From positions 96,001-160,000 of the forward strand of contig CAXXUO010000003.1 in the NCBI GenBank assembly GCA_963666485.2: a DNA stretch of 64,000 nt, read 5' to 3'. This DNA is from Syntrophorhabdaceae bacterium (lineage in GTDB: Bacteria > Desulfobacterota > Syntrophorhabdia > Syntrophorhabdales > Syntrophorhabdaceae). Positions 52,057 to 60,521 of the stretch are shown one piece after another. Positions within the stretch are counted from its first letter, which is position 1; every line of letters starts with the position of its first letter. Made by a program: the position numbers and the translations under genes. Under the pieces are notes generated by a model, which was not told the DNA's origin, did not search any database, and worked only from the letters and a program-made list of their open reading frames with translations.

Positions 52057-52814
52057 TATCCAAATTTCCCCTGGATGTAGTCTTCGGTCTGCCTCTCGGC
52101 GGGTGCCATGAAAACCTTGTCGGTCGTATCGTATTCGATCAATTCCCCGAGATAAAAGAACGCCGAGAAATCGCTGATCCGTGCTATTTGCTTCGTGTTG
52201 TTGGATACGAGAATGATCGTATAGTCCGATTTCAGCTCGCTCAACGCATCCTCTATCTTTGCCGTCGATATCGGGTCGAGCCCGGAACAGGGTTCGTCGA
52301 GAAGGATGATCTCCGGTTTCAGGGCAAGGGTCCGCGCAAGGCACAACCGCTGCTGCTGGCCGCCCGATAATTTCAGCGCCGATGTGCCGAGCCTGTCCTT
52401 GACCTCGTCCCAGAGAAAGGCCTTCTTGAGGCAATCCTCGGCGATACGGTACAGGGTGGTCCTGTCTGAGATTCCTTTCAATCTGGGGCCGTACGCAATA
52501 TTTTCAAAAATGGAGCGGGGAAGGGGGATCGGCACGGCAAAGACGGTCCCGACGCGGCGCCTCAGTTCGATCGGGTTGATGCTGCCGTCCAGGATGCTTG
52601 TGTCATCGATTTTCGCATCACCCTCGATCTTCACGTTGTTCTCGAAATCTATCATCCGGTTGATGACGGAGATGAGGGTCGATTTACCGCTGCCGGAGGG
52701 GCCCATGAACCCGGTGATCGTATTCTTCTGCACCTTGATGGTAACATCTTTCAGCACCAGTGCCGTGCCGAAAGATACCCTCAATTTTTCTATCGCTATC
52801 TTGGTTTCCATCAC
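52056..52814 (-). CDS. pstB: Phosphate ABC transporter ATPase PstB (first copy)
   Basis: GPSGSGKS, LSGGQQQRLC, LLDEP and TEDYIQGKFG. Confidence 0.92.
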   Translation of the reverse strand: MMETKIAIEKLRVSFGTALVLKDVTIKVQKNTITGFMGPSGSGKSTLISVINRMIDFENNVKIEGDAKIDDTSILDGSINPIELRRRVGTVFAVPIPLPRSIFENIAYGPRLKGISDRTTLYRIAEDCLKKAFLWDEVKDRLGTSALKLSGGQQQRLCLARTLALKPEIILLDEPCSGLDPISTAKIEDALSELKSDYTIILVSNNTKQIARISDFSAFFYLGELIEYDTTDKVFMAPAERQTEDYIQGKFG

Positions 52815-52817
52815 TGC

Positions 52818-53654
52818 CTATGAATATCTCGCGATCGTTTTGTTCATAATGTAGTACGCGATAATGTTAATAAATAGAATGCTCAGGACCAGCACGACCG
52901 CTGTCCCGTATGCCTTCTCCATTGATATGCCTTCCCGAGCCAAAATGTAGAAGTGAACGGCCATCGTCCTTCCGGATTCCATGAGCGAGAGCGGCAGGCG
53001 CAGTGAGCTTCCCATCGTGAAGATGATAGCGGCCGTTTCCCCGACAGCCCTGCCGATGCTCAGCATGATCCCTGTCAATATGCCCGGCATAGCGGCGGGG
53101 AGGACAACCTTTTTAATAGTCTCCCATTTGCTTGCGCTCAATGAATAACTGACTATTCTGAGTTGGCGCGGGACCGAACGGATCGCCTCCTCGGATGTCC
53201 TGATGATCGTAGGCAGGATCATGATCGTGAGTGTCAGGACGCCTGCAAGCAGGGACCAGCCCATCCTGAGCTTGATGACGAAGAAGATGAACCCGAAAAG
53301 GCCGTACAGGATCGAAGGGATGCCGGCAAGGGATTCGACGCCGAAGCGTATCAGTTTGGTAAACGCCGATTCGCGGGTGTATTCCGTGAGGAAGATCGCC
53401 GTTCCCACGCCGAGCGGAGTTGCAAGGAGTATGGAAAGGAGGGCGAGTTGTATCGTGCCCACTATCGCAGGGAATATGCCGCCGTGCCTTCCCATGTCCT
53501 GCGGGAACGAAAGGATAAAACCGAAATCGACCTGGGGGAAACCCTTGAAGAAGATTATCCCGATGATGACGACCAGTATAGCCACGGTGAAATATGCCTG
53601 GCCAACAAGCCCCCATCGGACAACGGTGTTGATTATCCTGGGATTGATCCTCAT
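52818..53654 (-). CDS. pstA: Phosphate ABC transporter permease PstA
   Basis: GGIFPAIVGT, LAGIPSILYGLFG and GRAVGETA. Confidence 0.93.
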   Translation of the reverse strand: MRINPRIINTVVRWGLVGQAYFTVAILVVIIGIIFFKGFPQVDFGFILSFPQDMGRHGGIFPAIVGTIQLALLSILLATPLGVGTAIFLTEYTRESAFTKLIRFGVESLAGIPSILYGLFGFIFFVIKLRMGWSLLAGVLTLTIMILPTIIRTSEEAIRSVPRQLRIVSYSLSASKWETIKKVVLPAAMPGILTGIMLSIGRAVGETAAIIFTMGSSLRLPLSLMESGRTMAVHFYILAREGISMEKAYGTAVVLVLSILFINIIAYYIMNKTIARYS

Positions 53655-54514
53655 TTCGCGATCTTCCTTTTTATCCCGAAGTTTGCAATGTAATTCAGCG
53701 CCATGATGATGATCATCAGGACAATGCCTGTCGAAAAGAGGGCCAGCCGGTGGTCACCTGTCGCATAGGCGAGCTCCAGTGCAATATTCCCGGTCAGCGT
53801 CCTCAAAGGATCGAGAAGGCTCGTCGGTATTTTCAACGCGTTCCCCGCGATCATGATGACCGCCATTGTCTCGCCAATGGCCCGGCCCATGCCGAGGATG
53901 AAACTCGCGAGTATGCCCGATTTTGCCGAAGGCAGTATTACCTTATAGATGGTTTGCCATTTTGTTGCACCCATGGCTGCCGAAGCCTCCCGATACGTTT
54001 TTGGGACACTGACGAGCGAATCGAACGTGATGCTGATTATGGTCGGCAGTATCATGATGCCAAGAACGAGCGAGGTAGATATAAGGGAAAATCCCGATCC
54101 CCCCAGGTAATTTCGCACGAGGGGCACGATGTATATGACGCCGAGAAAACCGAAGACGACGGACGGGATGCCCGCCAGGAGTTCGATCGCCGGCTTGAGG
54201 AGCATCTTCATGCGTTTGCCGGAATATTCGGACAGGTAGATTGCGCAGGAAAGCCCCAGCGGGGCACCTATGACGAGAGCGCCGATTGTAACGAGAAATG
54301 ACGAGATTATCATAGGGAATATGCCGAAATACCCTTTGGTCGGCGCCCATTTCATGCCAAGTATGATCTTCTTTACGCCGACCTTCAGGAAAAGCGGCAA
54401 CCCCTCACCAAGGATAAATGCAAAAATCAGGAAGAGGAAAAGGAGCGATGACAGCGCAAATGCGACAAGGACCCATTTGACGAAATGTTCCTTCAGTACC
54501 GTCCTGTCAATCAT
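53651..54514 (-). CDS. pstC: Phosphate ABC transporter permease PstC
   Basis: ELLAGIPSVVFG and GMGRAIGETMAV. Confidence 0.93.
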   Translation of the reverse strand: MIDRTVLKEHFVKWVLVAFALSSLLFLFLIFAFILGEGLPLFLKVGVKKIILGMKWAPTKGYFGIFPMIISSFLVTIGALVIGAPLGLSCAIYLSEYSGKRMKMLLKPAIELLAGIPSVVFGFLGVIYIVPLVRNYLGGSGFSLISTSLVLGIMILPTIISITFDSLVSVPKTYREASAAMGATKWQTIYKVILPSAKSGILASFILGMGRAIGETMAVIMIAGNALKIPTSLLDPLRTLTGNIALELAYATGDHRLALFSTGIVLMIIIMALNYIANFGIKRKIAK

Positions 54515-55319
54515 TGACACCCACCAGGCCTTCATTCTTCAATATCCGCTGGCCGTCCCGGGAGAGCACGTAATTGATGAACCTCCGGGCCTTCGCATTA
54601 GGCTCGCCGTTCGTAAGATAAAGGAAGGGCCGTACGATCTTGTATTTTCCGGCCCGTATCGTCTTTATGGACGGATGTATCCCGTTTATCGATACGGGTT
54701 TTACTTTTTTGTCGACAAGTCCCATGGAAATATACCCGATCGCATACGGGTCTGTTGCGACCACTTCTTTCACGGAACCGTTGGAGTCCTGGACCATCGT
54801 GGAATCATTGATCTCCTTATTTTTCATGACCAGTTCCTCAAAGGCTCCCCGGGTCCCCGATCCTTCCTCGCGCGAGACCGCGTCGATCTTCCTGTTGACC
54901 CATCCCAGCTGATGCCAGTTCGAGATGGTCCCGCTGAAGATGCCGCGGACCTGGTCCAGCGTCAATGCTGTGACCGGGTTGTCTTTGTGGACGACGACAG
55001 CAATGCCATCGTGACAGATAATGATCCTGTTCAGCGTTTTTTCGTCATCTTTCAATTCGCGGGATGACATCCCGATATCGACTGTCCTGTTGATCGTTGC
55101 CTGTATCCCTGCGGTAGACCCTCCACCCTGAACATCGATAATGATATCCTTATGGTCTATCATGAAATGCTCTGCCAATTTTTCCGTAAAGGGCATGACG
55201 GATGTCGACCCGGCAATGGTGATCGTCTGTTTCCCGGTGTTCCTGCTGTTTTCGCCGCAGGAAATGAAAAGTACCGGGACCAGCGTGAGCAGGACAAACC
55301 ATCTCAGGCATATCAGCAT
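54507..55319 (-). CDS. pstS: Phosphate ABC transporter substrate-binding lipoprotein
   Basis: Lipobox-like FISC, AGSTSV, GGGSTAG, DIGMSSR and REEGSGTR. Confidence 0.92.
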   Translation of the reverse strand: MLICLRWFVLLTLVPVLFISCGENSRNTGKQTITIAGSTSVMPFTEKLAEHFMIDHKDIIIDVQGGGSTAGIQATINRTVDIGMSSRELKDDEKTLNRIIICHDGIAVVVHKDNPVTALTLDQVRGIFSGTISNWHQLGWVNRKIDAVSREEGSGTRGAFEELVMKNKEINDSTMVQDSNGSVKEVVATDPYAIGYISMGLVDKKVKPVSINGIHPSIKTIRAGKYKIVRPFLYLTNGEPNAKARRFINYVLSRDGQRILKNEGLVGVND

Positions 55320-55324
55320 ACGGT

Positions 55325-56005
55325 TTATTCCTGGGGCTCCTTAATATGCCGGATGATCTTTCCCTCGACGAGAAAGACGACAAGTTCCGCTATATTCACC
55401 GCATGATCGGCCATGCGCTCCAGGTATTTCGATATGAAAAGGACCCGGGTTGCCCGCGATATCGTTTTCATGTCCTGCATCATGTATGTCAGGAGCTCGC
55501 GGAAGATCTGGTCGAGAAGCTGGTCGACCATTTGATCGTCCTTCATGACCTTGCGCGCGGTCGCGACGTCCTCATTGACGAACGCTTCCAGGCTTTCCTT
55601 GAGCATTGTCTGTACTGTCTCCGCCATCATCGGGAGATCGATATAGGGCTTCAATATCGGTTCCTGGTTCAATTCCTGGACCCGTTCGCAGATGTTCACC
55701 GCCATGTCGCCGATGCGTTCGAGATCGTAGTTTATTTTTATCGCCGTCGTGATGAAGCGCAGGTCGCGCGCCGCCGGCTGCCGCAGGGCGAGGAGCTTCA
55801 AACAGAACTCGTCTATCTCGACTTCCAGCGCATTGACGATCGGGTCGTCTTCTATGACCCTGTCGGCCAGTTCCGAATTGCGTTCGAGGAGCGCCTTGAT
55901 AGCATTGTTGATAGCCTTTTCAACGAGTCCGCCTTCATAAAGAAGTTTTTCCTTGAGCTCCTTCAATTCAAGATCGAATGTCTTGTAAATATGCCCTTCA
56001 AGCAT
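55325..56005 (-). CDS. phoU: Phosphate signalling protein PhoU
   Basis: QPAARDLR, DLERIGD and LERMADHAVNI. Confidence 0.95.
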   Translation of the reverse strand: MLEGHIYKTFDLELKELKEKLLYEGGLVEKAINNAIKALLERNSELADRVIEDDPIVNALEVEIDEFCLKLLALRQPAARDLRFITTAIKINYDLERIGDMAVNICERVQELNQEPILKPYIDLPMMAETVQTMLKESLEAFVNEDVATARKVMKDDQMVDQLLDQIFRELLTYMMQDMKTISRATRVLFISKYLERMADHAVNIAELVVFLVEGKIIRHIKEPQE

Positions 56006-56032
56006 CGTGTGCCTCCTGCTCTGAATGGCAAG

Positions 56033-56061
56033 AGTATAGTAGGTTTTGGTAGTGATTACAA
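56033..56061 (-). promoter_or_regulatory. Sigma70-type promoter for phoU-pst
   Basis: Minus strand: TTGTAA (56061-56056), 17-bp spacer, TATACT (56038-56033). Confidence 0.6.
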
Positions 56062-56080
56062 CGGAAAACGGGGTATGGCC

Positions 56081-56286
56081 AACGGCTAACGGCTAACGGC
56101 TAACGGCGAAAGGCCCCCCTCTGCCGTCATCCCGGTGCTTGACACCGGGATCCAGCGTCTTTGTTCTTTATTTCTTACAGGCAGGATGAGAAAAAAGGAA
56201 AACCTTGGATCCCGGTGTCAAGCACCGGGATGACGAGAACTGGTAGAGCCTTTGCCGTTAGCCGTTAGCCGTACGCCGTTAGCCGC
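56081..56286. repeat. Inverted AACGGCT heptamer arrays enclosing a perfect 30-bp REP-like inverted pair
   Basis: Arrays at 56081-56114 and 56248-56286. Inner CGTCATCCCGGTGCTTGACACCGGGATCCA (56125-56154) is the reverse complement of 56206-56235, which is identical to 36819-36848. Confidence 0.92.
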
Positions 56287-56289
56287 TTT

Positions 56290-56565
56290 TTATACCACCA
56301 CCACCGAATTGTAGCTGCCGAACTCGTTCATTTCCTTGTGCGGGGATGCCGGGTCCTCGATCCACTGCCCGTCGACGATAAACCGGTATTGATATGCCCC
56401 CTGGGGAAGGGTGATCGTTGTTTTCCAGACCCCTTTCGTATCTTTCTTGAGAGGACGGACCGAGGGGTCCCATGAATTAAATGAACCGGCTATATAGACT
56501 GATTTGGCGCCGGAATCGCTAAATTTAAATGTTATCCGCTTTTTGGTTTCTTTGTCTGCCATCAT
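56290..56565 (-). CDS. Stand-alone glycogen-binding (CBM48/AMPK-beta-like) domain protein
   Basis: AKSVYIAGSFNSW, GVW, YQYRFIVDGQWIEDP and FGSYNSV. AAGGAGG RBS before ATG 56565. Confidence 0.85.
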   Translation of the reverse strand: MMADKETKKRITFKFSDSGAKSVYIAGSFNSWDPSVRPLKKDTKGVWKTTITLPQGAYQYRFIVDGQWIEDPASPHKEMNEFGSYNSVVVV

Positions 56566-56642
56566 ACCCTCCTTTTTAGTACTTTTCATATTAGCACAAG
56601 AAGATATGTTTTGCATAGGAAGTGTAGCGATTGAAATGACCG

Positions 56643-56683
56643 ATCAGCCGCAGACGTTTGAAAATGAGTCATCTGCGGCTGAT
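56643..56683. terminator. Hairpin downstream of the aminotransferase
   Basis: ATCAGCCGCAGA (56643-56654) / TCTGCGGCTGAT (56672-56683), perfect 12-bp stem; no clear U tract. Confidence 0.5.
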
Positions 56684-56703
56684 TGGCTTAAAATGGCGGT
56701 GTA

Positions 56704-57891
56704 TTATTTTAATGAAGCCGCGGCCTTCACGATCCTGTCGAGGCCTTTCTGAATGACCTCCATCGAGGTGGCGAACGAAAGCCTCAAATATCCTTCTTTG
56801 CCGAACTCGACCCCGGGGACGACAGCTGTGTGGAACTCATCGAGAAGGACTTCGGTCCACACCGTTGAGTTCTCGATGACCCGGCCATTGTACTTCTTCC
56901 CGAGAACGCAGTTGAAATTGGGGAATACGTAGAATGCCCCGCGCGGGTCATAACAGGTGACGCCCGGTATGTCGCGCAGCCCTTTTACAAGGAAATCCTT
57001 TCTTTTCTTGAATTCCGCGACCATGGTGCCGATGCAGCTCTGATCCCCGTTTAAGGCGGCGACGGCAGCCATCTGCGCGATCGACGTCGGGTTGGAGGTG
57101 CTCTGGCTCTGAATGTTGCCCATTGCCTTGACTATGTCTGCCGGGCCCGCGGTGTAGCCTATCCTCCACCCGGTCATTGCATAGGTCTTTCCGACGCCAT
57201 GACATATAATGGTCCGTTCCTTGAACGCCGGATCGAGTGCGGCGATGCTGACGTGCTCATAGTCATAGACGAGTTTTTCATAGATCTCGTCGGAGATGAG
57301 GAAGAAATTGCGTTCGACGGCCAGCTTGCCGATTGCCTCGAGATTTTCGCGGTAAAAGACCGACCCGACAGGATTTGAGGGGTAATTAAGAACGATCGCC
57401 TTTGTTTTCGGCGTCAGGTATTTTTTGAGCAGCTCAGCCGTGACCTGGTAATCATCTTCCTCTTTTGTCTCCATGATGACGGGTGTGCCGCCTGCAAGCT
57501 CGATCATGGGGGGATAGGACACCCAGAAGGGGGCCGGGACGATGACCTCGTCGCCTTCCTGGAAGAGGACCTGGAAGAGGTTGTAGAGGCTGTGCTTTCC
57601 GCCGCACGAAATGATGATCTCCTCCCGCTTGTAGGAAAGGCCGTTGTCGCGATTGAACTTGTCTATGACCGCATCCTTGAGAGGGTCGATGCCTGCAACC
57701 GGGGTGTACCGGGTGAAATTGTCGTTGATGGCCTTGATGGCTGCTTCTTTAATGTGGTCAGGAGTGTTAAAATCCGGCTCGCCCGCGCCGAACCCGGCTA
57801 TATCTATGCCCTGGGCCTTAAGCGCTTTTTCTTTGGCTGAGATTGCAAGCGTCGGTGAGGGTTTCAGTGAGGCGGCTCTTCTGGATAGCAT
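56704..57891 (-). CDS. aspC: PLP-dependent aminotransferase class I (aspartate aminotransferase-like)
   Basis: GEPDF, PSNPVG, SDEIY and KTYAMTGWRIG. Confidence 0.88.
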   Translation of the reverse strand: MLSRRAASLKPSPTLAISAKEKALKAQGIDIAGFGAGEPDFNTPDHIKEAAIKAINDNFTRYTPVAGIDPLKDAVIDKFNRDNGLSYKREEIIISCGGKHSLYNLFQVLFQEGDEVIVPAPFWVSYPPMIELAGGTPVIMETKEEDDYQVTAELLKKYLTPKTKAIVLNYPSNPVGSVFYRENLEAIGKLAVERNFFLISDEIYEKLVYDYEHVSIAALDPAFKERTIICHGVGKTYAMTGWRIGYTAGPADIVKAMGNIQSQSTSNPTSIAQMAAVAALNGDQSCIGTMVAEFKKRKDFLVKGLRDIPGVTCYDPRGAFYVFPNFNCVLGKKYNGRVIENSTVWTEVLLDEFHTAVVPGVEFGKEGYLRLSFATSMEVIQKGLDRIVKAAASLK

Positions 57892-57970
57892 GGGGTACTC
57901 CTTTACGTAGTGATATGCCCGATTCAGGCTATAGGGCGGATATGTATTTACCTTATAGGGGAATAACCTG

Positions 57971-59380
57971 TCAATTATAATTTGAATGTGGTTGACAGGT
58001 TTTTTTCACGGTGACTTTTAGAACCCTGCGGGTGTCTTCGGTGAGCTTGTACCTGTCATCGATCCTGTGCCCGACGATCCATATGATGTCGCTGCCGGAG
58101 AGGATCATAGGGACCTGTCTGCGTTCCTTGAGCGGTATCTTGCGGGAGATAAAAAAGTCTTTCACTTTGACCGCCCGGGCGAGCCCCAGGGGCTGAAACC
58201 TGTCACCGGGGCTGAACGTGCGGACTGCCAGGTCACCGCATTTGTCGGCATCAAGGTATGCGGTAAAAGAGCTTTTCGGAAAAGCGGCAGGAATATTCTT
58301 TAAAGTGCTCAAGCGTATTTCTACATCAAGCCGGGGGATCCGATTTGTTCCCATATGGAGTTCCATCGCCTCCCGCATATTTTCGGGCACCGGCTGCGTG
58401 GTAAAAATCAATCTGTCATAGACTTTATTGACCTTAAGGCCGGAGGGCAGATCGAGGTGCAGATTGGGACGCTTTGAGGAGACGATCTTTTCGATGAGAT
58501 GGATGTGTTCCCTTAACGGTACGAACGACGGGGTAAGCCGGGCGAATATATCGGCCGTTACCCGGTATCGGAGCTCATGGTCGAGCTTCGTGAAATACCC
58601 GAGCGGGACGGTAAGCTCCTTCCGGCCTCCCCGGACACGCTTCATAAAAGCATCTTTCTGCCGGTCGAGCGTCGCGTTGACAGCCTGAATATCCGCAAGG
58701 AGGGACGCGATCTTTCCCCGGAAGGCAGGGTTGAGCTCATCGCACAGGGGTACGATCCTGTGGCGGATGTAATTGCGCTCATAAACGATCTTTTCATTGG
58801 ATGAATCTTCGACGAACGCTATGGCGTGCTGCGCTGCGAACGAGGCTATCTCGGAACGATAGACCTCAAGGAACGGCCTGATTATCCTGTCACGTGCGGG
58901 GGGAATGGACGCGAGGCCGCGAAGTCCGGAGCCTTTGACAAGACGGAGAACGAAGGTCTCGATCTGATCGTCGAGGTTATGTGCCGTGGCTATGCGCGTG
59001 AATCCCTCGCGGTCCGCGATATCATCGAGGAACCGGTAGCGGATGTCCCGGCCCGCGTGCTGGAGGGACAGGCCATGAGACGCCGCGTATTCCCTGACAT
59101 TCGCCCTTTCGAGAAAAAAAGGGATTCCGTACCCGGCTGCCGTGTCCCGGACAAAGGCCTCGTCCCGCTCCGACTCGCTGCCGCGCAGGAGATGGTTCAC
59201 GTGGGCCGCACCCAGGCCAAAGTGGACCTCTTTTCTCGCCTCGTTGAGAACGAAGAGCAGCGTCGCAGAGTCGACGCCCCCGGAGCATGCGACGAGGATG
59301 CGGTCGTCCCCGCCGGTGATTCCCCGTTCGCGGATGAGTTTCAGTGTTCTGCGGACAAGGTCTTGAGAGGGATTCAACAC
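57971..59380 (-). CDS. tilS: tRNA(Ile)-lysidine synthetase
   Basis: PP-loop SGGVDS, HVNHLLRG, AHNLDDQIET, EDSSN, RNYIR and C-terminal KVKDFFI..KIP. GTG/TTG start near 59380. Confidence 0.93.
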   Translation of the reverse strand: MLNPSQDLVRRTLKLIRERGITGGDDRILVACSGGVDSATLLFVLNEARKEVHFGLGAAHVNHLLRGSESERDEAFVRDTAAGYGIPFFLERANVREYAASHGLSLQHAGRDIRYRFLDDIADREGFTRIATAHNLDDQIETFVLRLVKGSGLRGLASIPPARDRIIRPFLEVYRSEIASFAAQHAIAFVEDSSNEKIVYERNYIRHRIVPLCDELNPAFRGKIASLLADIQAVNATLDRQKDAFMKRVRGGRKELTVPLGYFTKLDHELRYRVTADIFARLTPSFVPLREHIHLIEKIVSSKRPNLHLDLPSGLKVNKVYDRLIFTTQPVPENMREAMELHMGTNRIPRLDVEIRLSTLKNIPAAFPKSSFTAYLDADKCGDLAVRTFSPGDRFQPLGLARAVKVKDFFISRKIPLKERRQVPMILSGSDIIWIVGHRIDDRYKLTEDTRRVLKVTVKKTCQPHSNYN

Positions 59381-59408
59381 GGTTTCTTTGTGATGTTGAG
59401 GAAAGTCG

Positions 59409-59627
59409 TCATGAGCAGCTCGCGCAGTTCGGCGATGAACAACCGCTGCACCCGCCCTGCGGGCCTGCCGATGATCTGAACTTCGATCCCGAGGAGAACC
59501 CGAAAGATGACATATTTTTCTGCGGTTCCCTGTCGCCGCATTCCGGGCATTCCGGTGTATCGTCGCCAAAGATTATAACCTCGAATTCGCAGCCGCATTT
59601 CCGGCACGTATATTCGTATATAGGCAT
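59409..59627 (-). CDS. FmdB family zinc-ribbon protein
   Basis: MPIYEYTCRKCG..CPECG and Cys-rich tail CSGCSSPNCASC. Confidence 0.88.
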   Translation of the reverse strand: MPIYEYTCRKCGCEFEVIIFGDDTPECPECGDREPQKNMSSFGFSSGSKFRSSAGPQGGCSGCSSPNCASCS

Positions 59628-59639
59628 GGAAACCTCCTG

Positions 59640-60521
59640 CTACCGCTTCTTCTTGATCTCGCCCGTGAGGTCCGTGATCAGCCGGCTCAATGACTCGCTA
59701 TACCGCCCCCTGACATTGTCGTCAACCTCCATGGTCCCGGCGCGTTCGGCAAAGGAAAGGGCACGGGTGAACATATTCTTGAAATAAAAATAATTTGCCG
59801 AGGCAAACAGGTACAGGAACTGGGCGTTCACATCCGCATTATCCGTCCGGATGATCCGCTTGAAAAGCGTCCTGGCATTCTCGAAGTATTCGCTGTCGAG
59901 ATAACTGGCGGCGGTTTTGTGCATCAGGCGCTTTCTCCCGTCCGCATATATCATTGACAGTATGTCGTGAAATCCTTTCCTTCCATACGTTTTCAACAGG
60001 AGCTTTTCGTTCTCGTATAAGAAACGGGGGAGAAGATAATTGTCCTTGTAAAGTACGATAAGGTCTTTCAGTTGTTCAACGAGCTCATTGCTTAAGATCG
60101 CCACCTCTTTGAACTCTTCCTTCAGGCGCGCCTGCGCCTTGCGTACGAGGATGCCGATCTCGTTGACTATTTTGCGCTCCTGCGGGCTCAAATCCTGCAG
60201 GGCTATTTCCGACTGGGGCTGATAGTACCGCAGCAGGTAAAGGTTCTCCCGGAGCTTCATTGCCCCGTGGAACGTATAGCCCACCGTTATGTCGAACAGT
60301 TTTTCCTTGTAGCTTGCCTCGATCGAATTGCGGTAGAGGTCATGGCACATTTCCTTGAGCCTGAATAAACAGCTCCTGCCGCGGTCGTCGACAAAATCCT
60401 GGATGTTCTCAAAGAACAGCTTTTGCTGACGCAGCAGGGCCTTGCACTCCCGTGCCTTCTCATATACACATAAAGATTCCCTGATCAGGTCTATCTGTTT
60501 CTTGTCAAGATTCGTTACCAT
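59640..60521 (-). CDS. Hypothetical helical protein with TPR-like C-terminus
   Basis: 293-aa ORF overlapping the ftsH stop; no recognised catalytic motif. Confidence 0.7.
   Translation of the reverse strand: MVTNLDKKQIDLIRESLCVYEKARECKALLRQQKLFFENIQDFVDDRGRSCLFRLKEMCHDLYRNSIEASYKEKLFDITVGYTFHGAMKLRENLYLLRYYQPQSEIALQDLSPQERKIVNEIGILVRKAQARLKEEFKEVAILSNELVEQLKDLIVLYKDNYLLPRFLYENEKLLLKTYGRKGFHDILSMIYADGRKRLMHKTAASYLDSEYFENARTLFKRIIRTDNADVNAQFLYLFASANYFYFKNMFTRALSFAERAGTMEVDDNVRGRYSESLSRLITDLTGEIKKKR

Noticed and set aside
51340..52434. 364-aa ORF as a PstB with N- and C-terminal extensions
   Set aside because: The N-terminal part is an off-frame overlap with pstB-1 (true ATG at 52056), and the tail results from the frameshift.
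59381..59569. N-terminal extension of TilS, or an FmdB-TilS fusion / TGA readthrough
   Set aside because: It overlaps the FmdB gene in another frame, TilS similarity begins near 59380, and readthrough of the FmdB TGA is not in the tilS frame.
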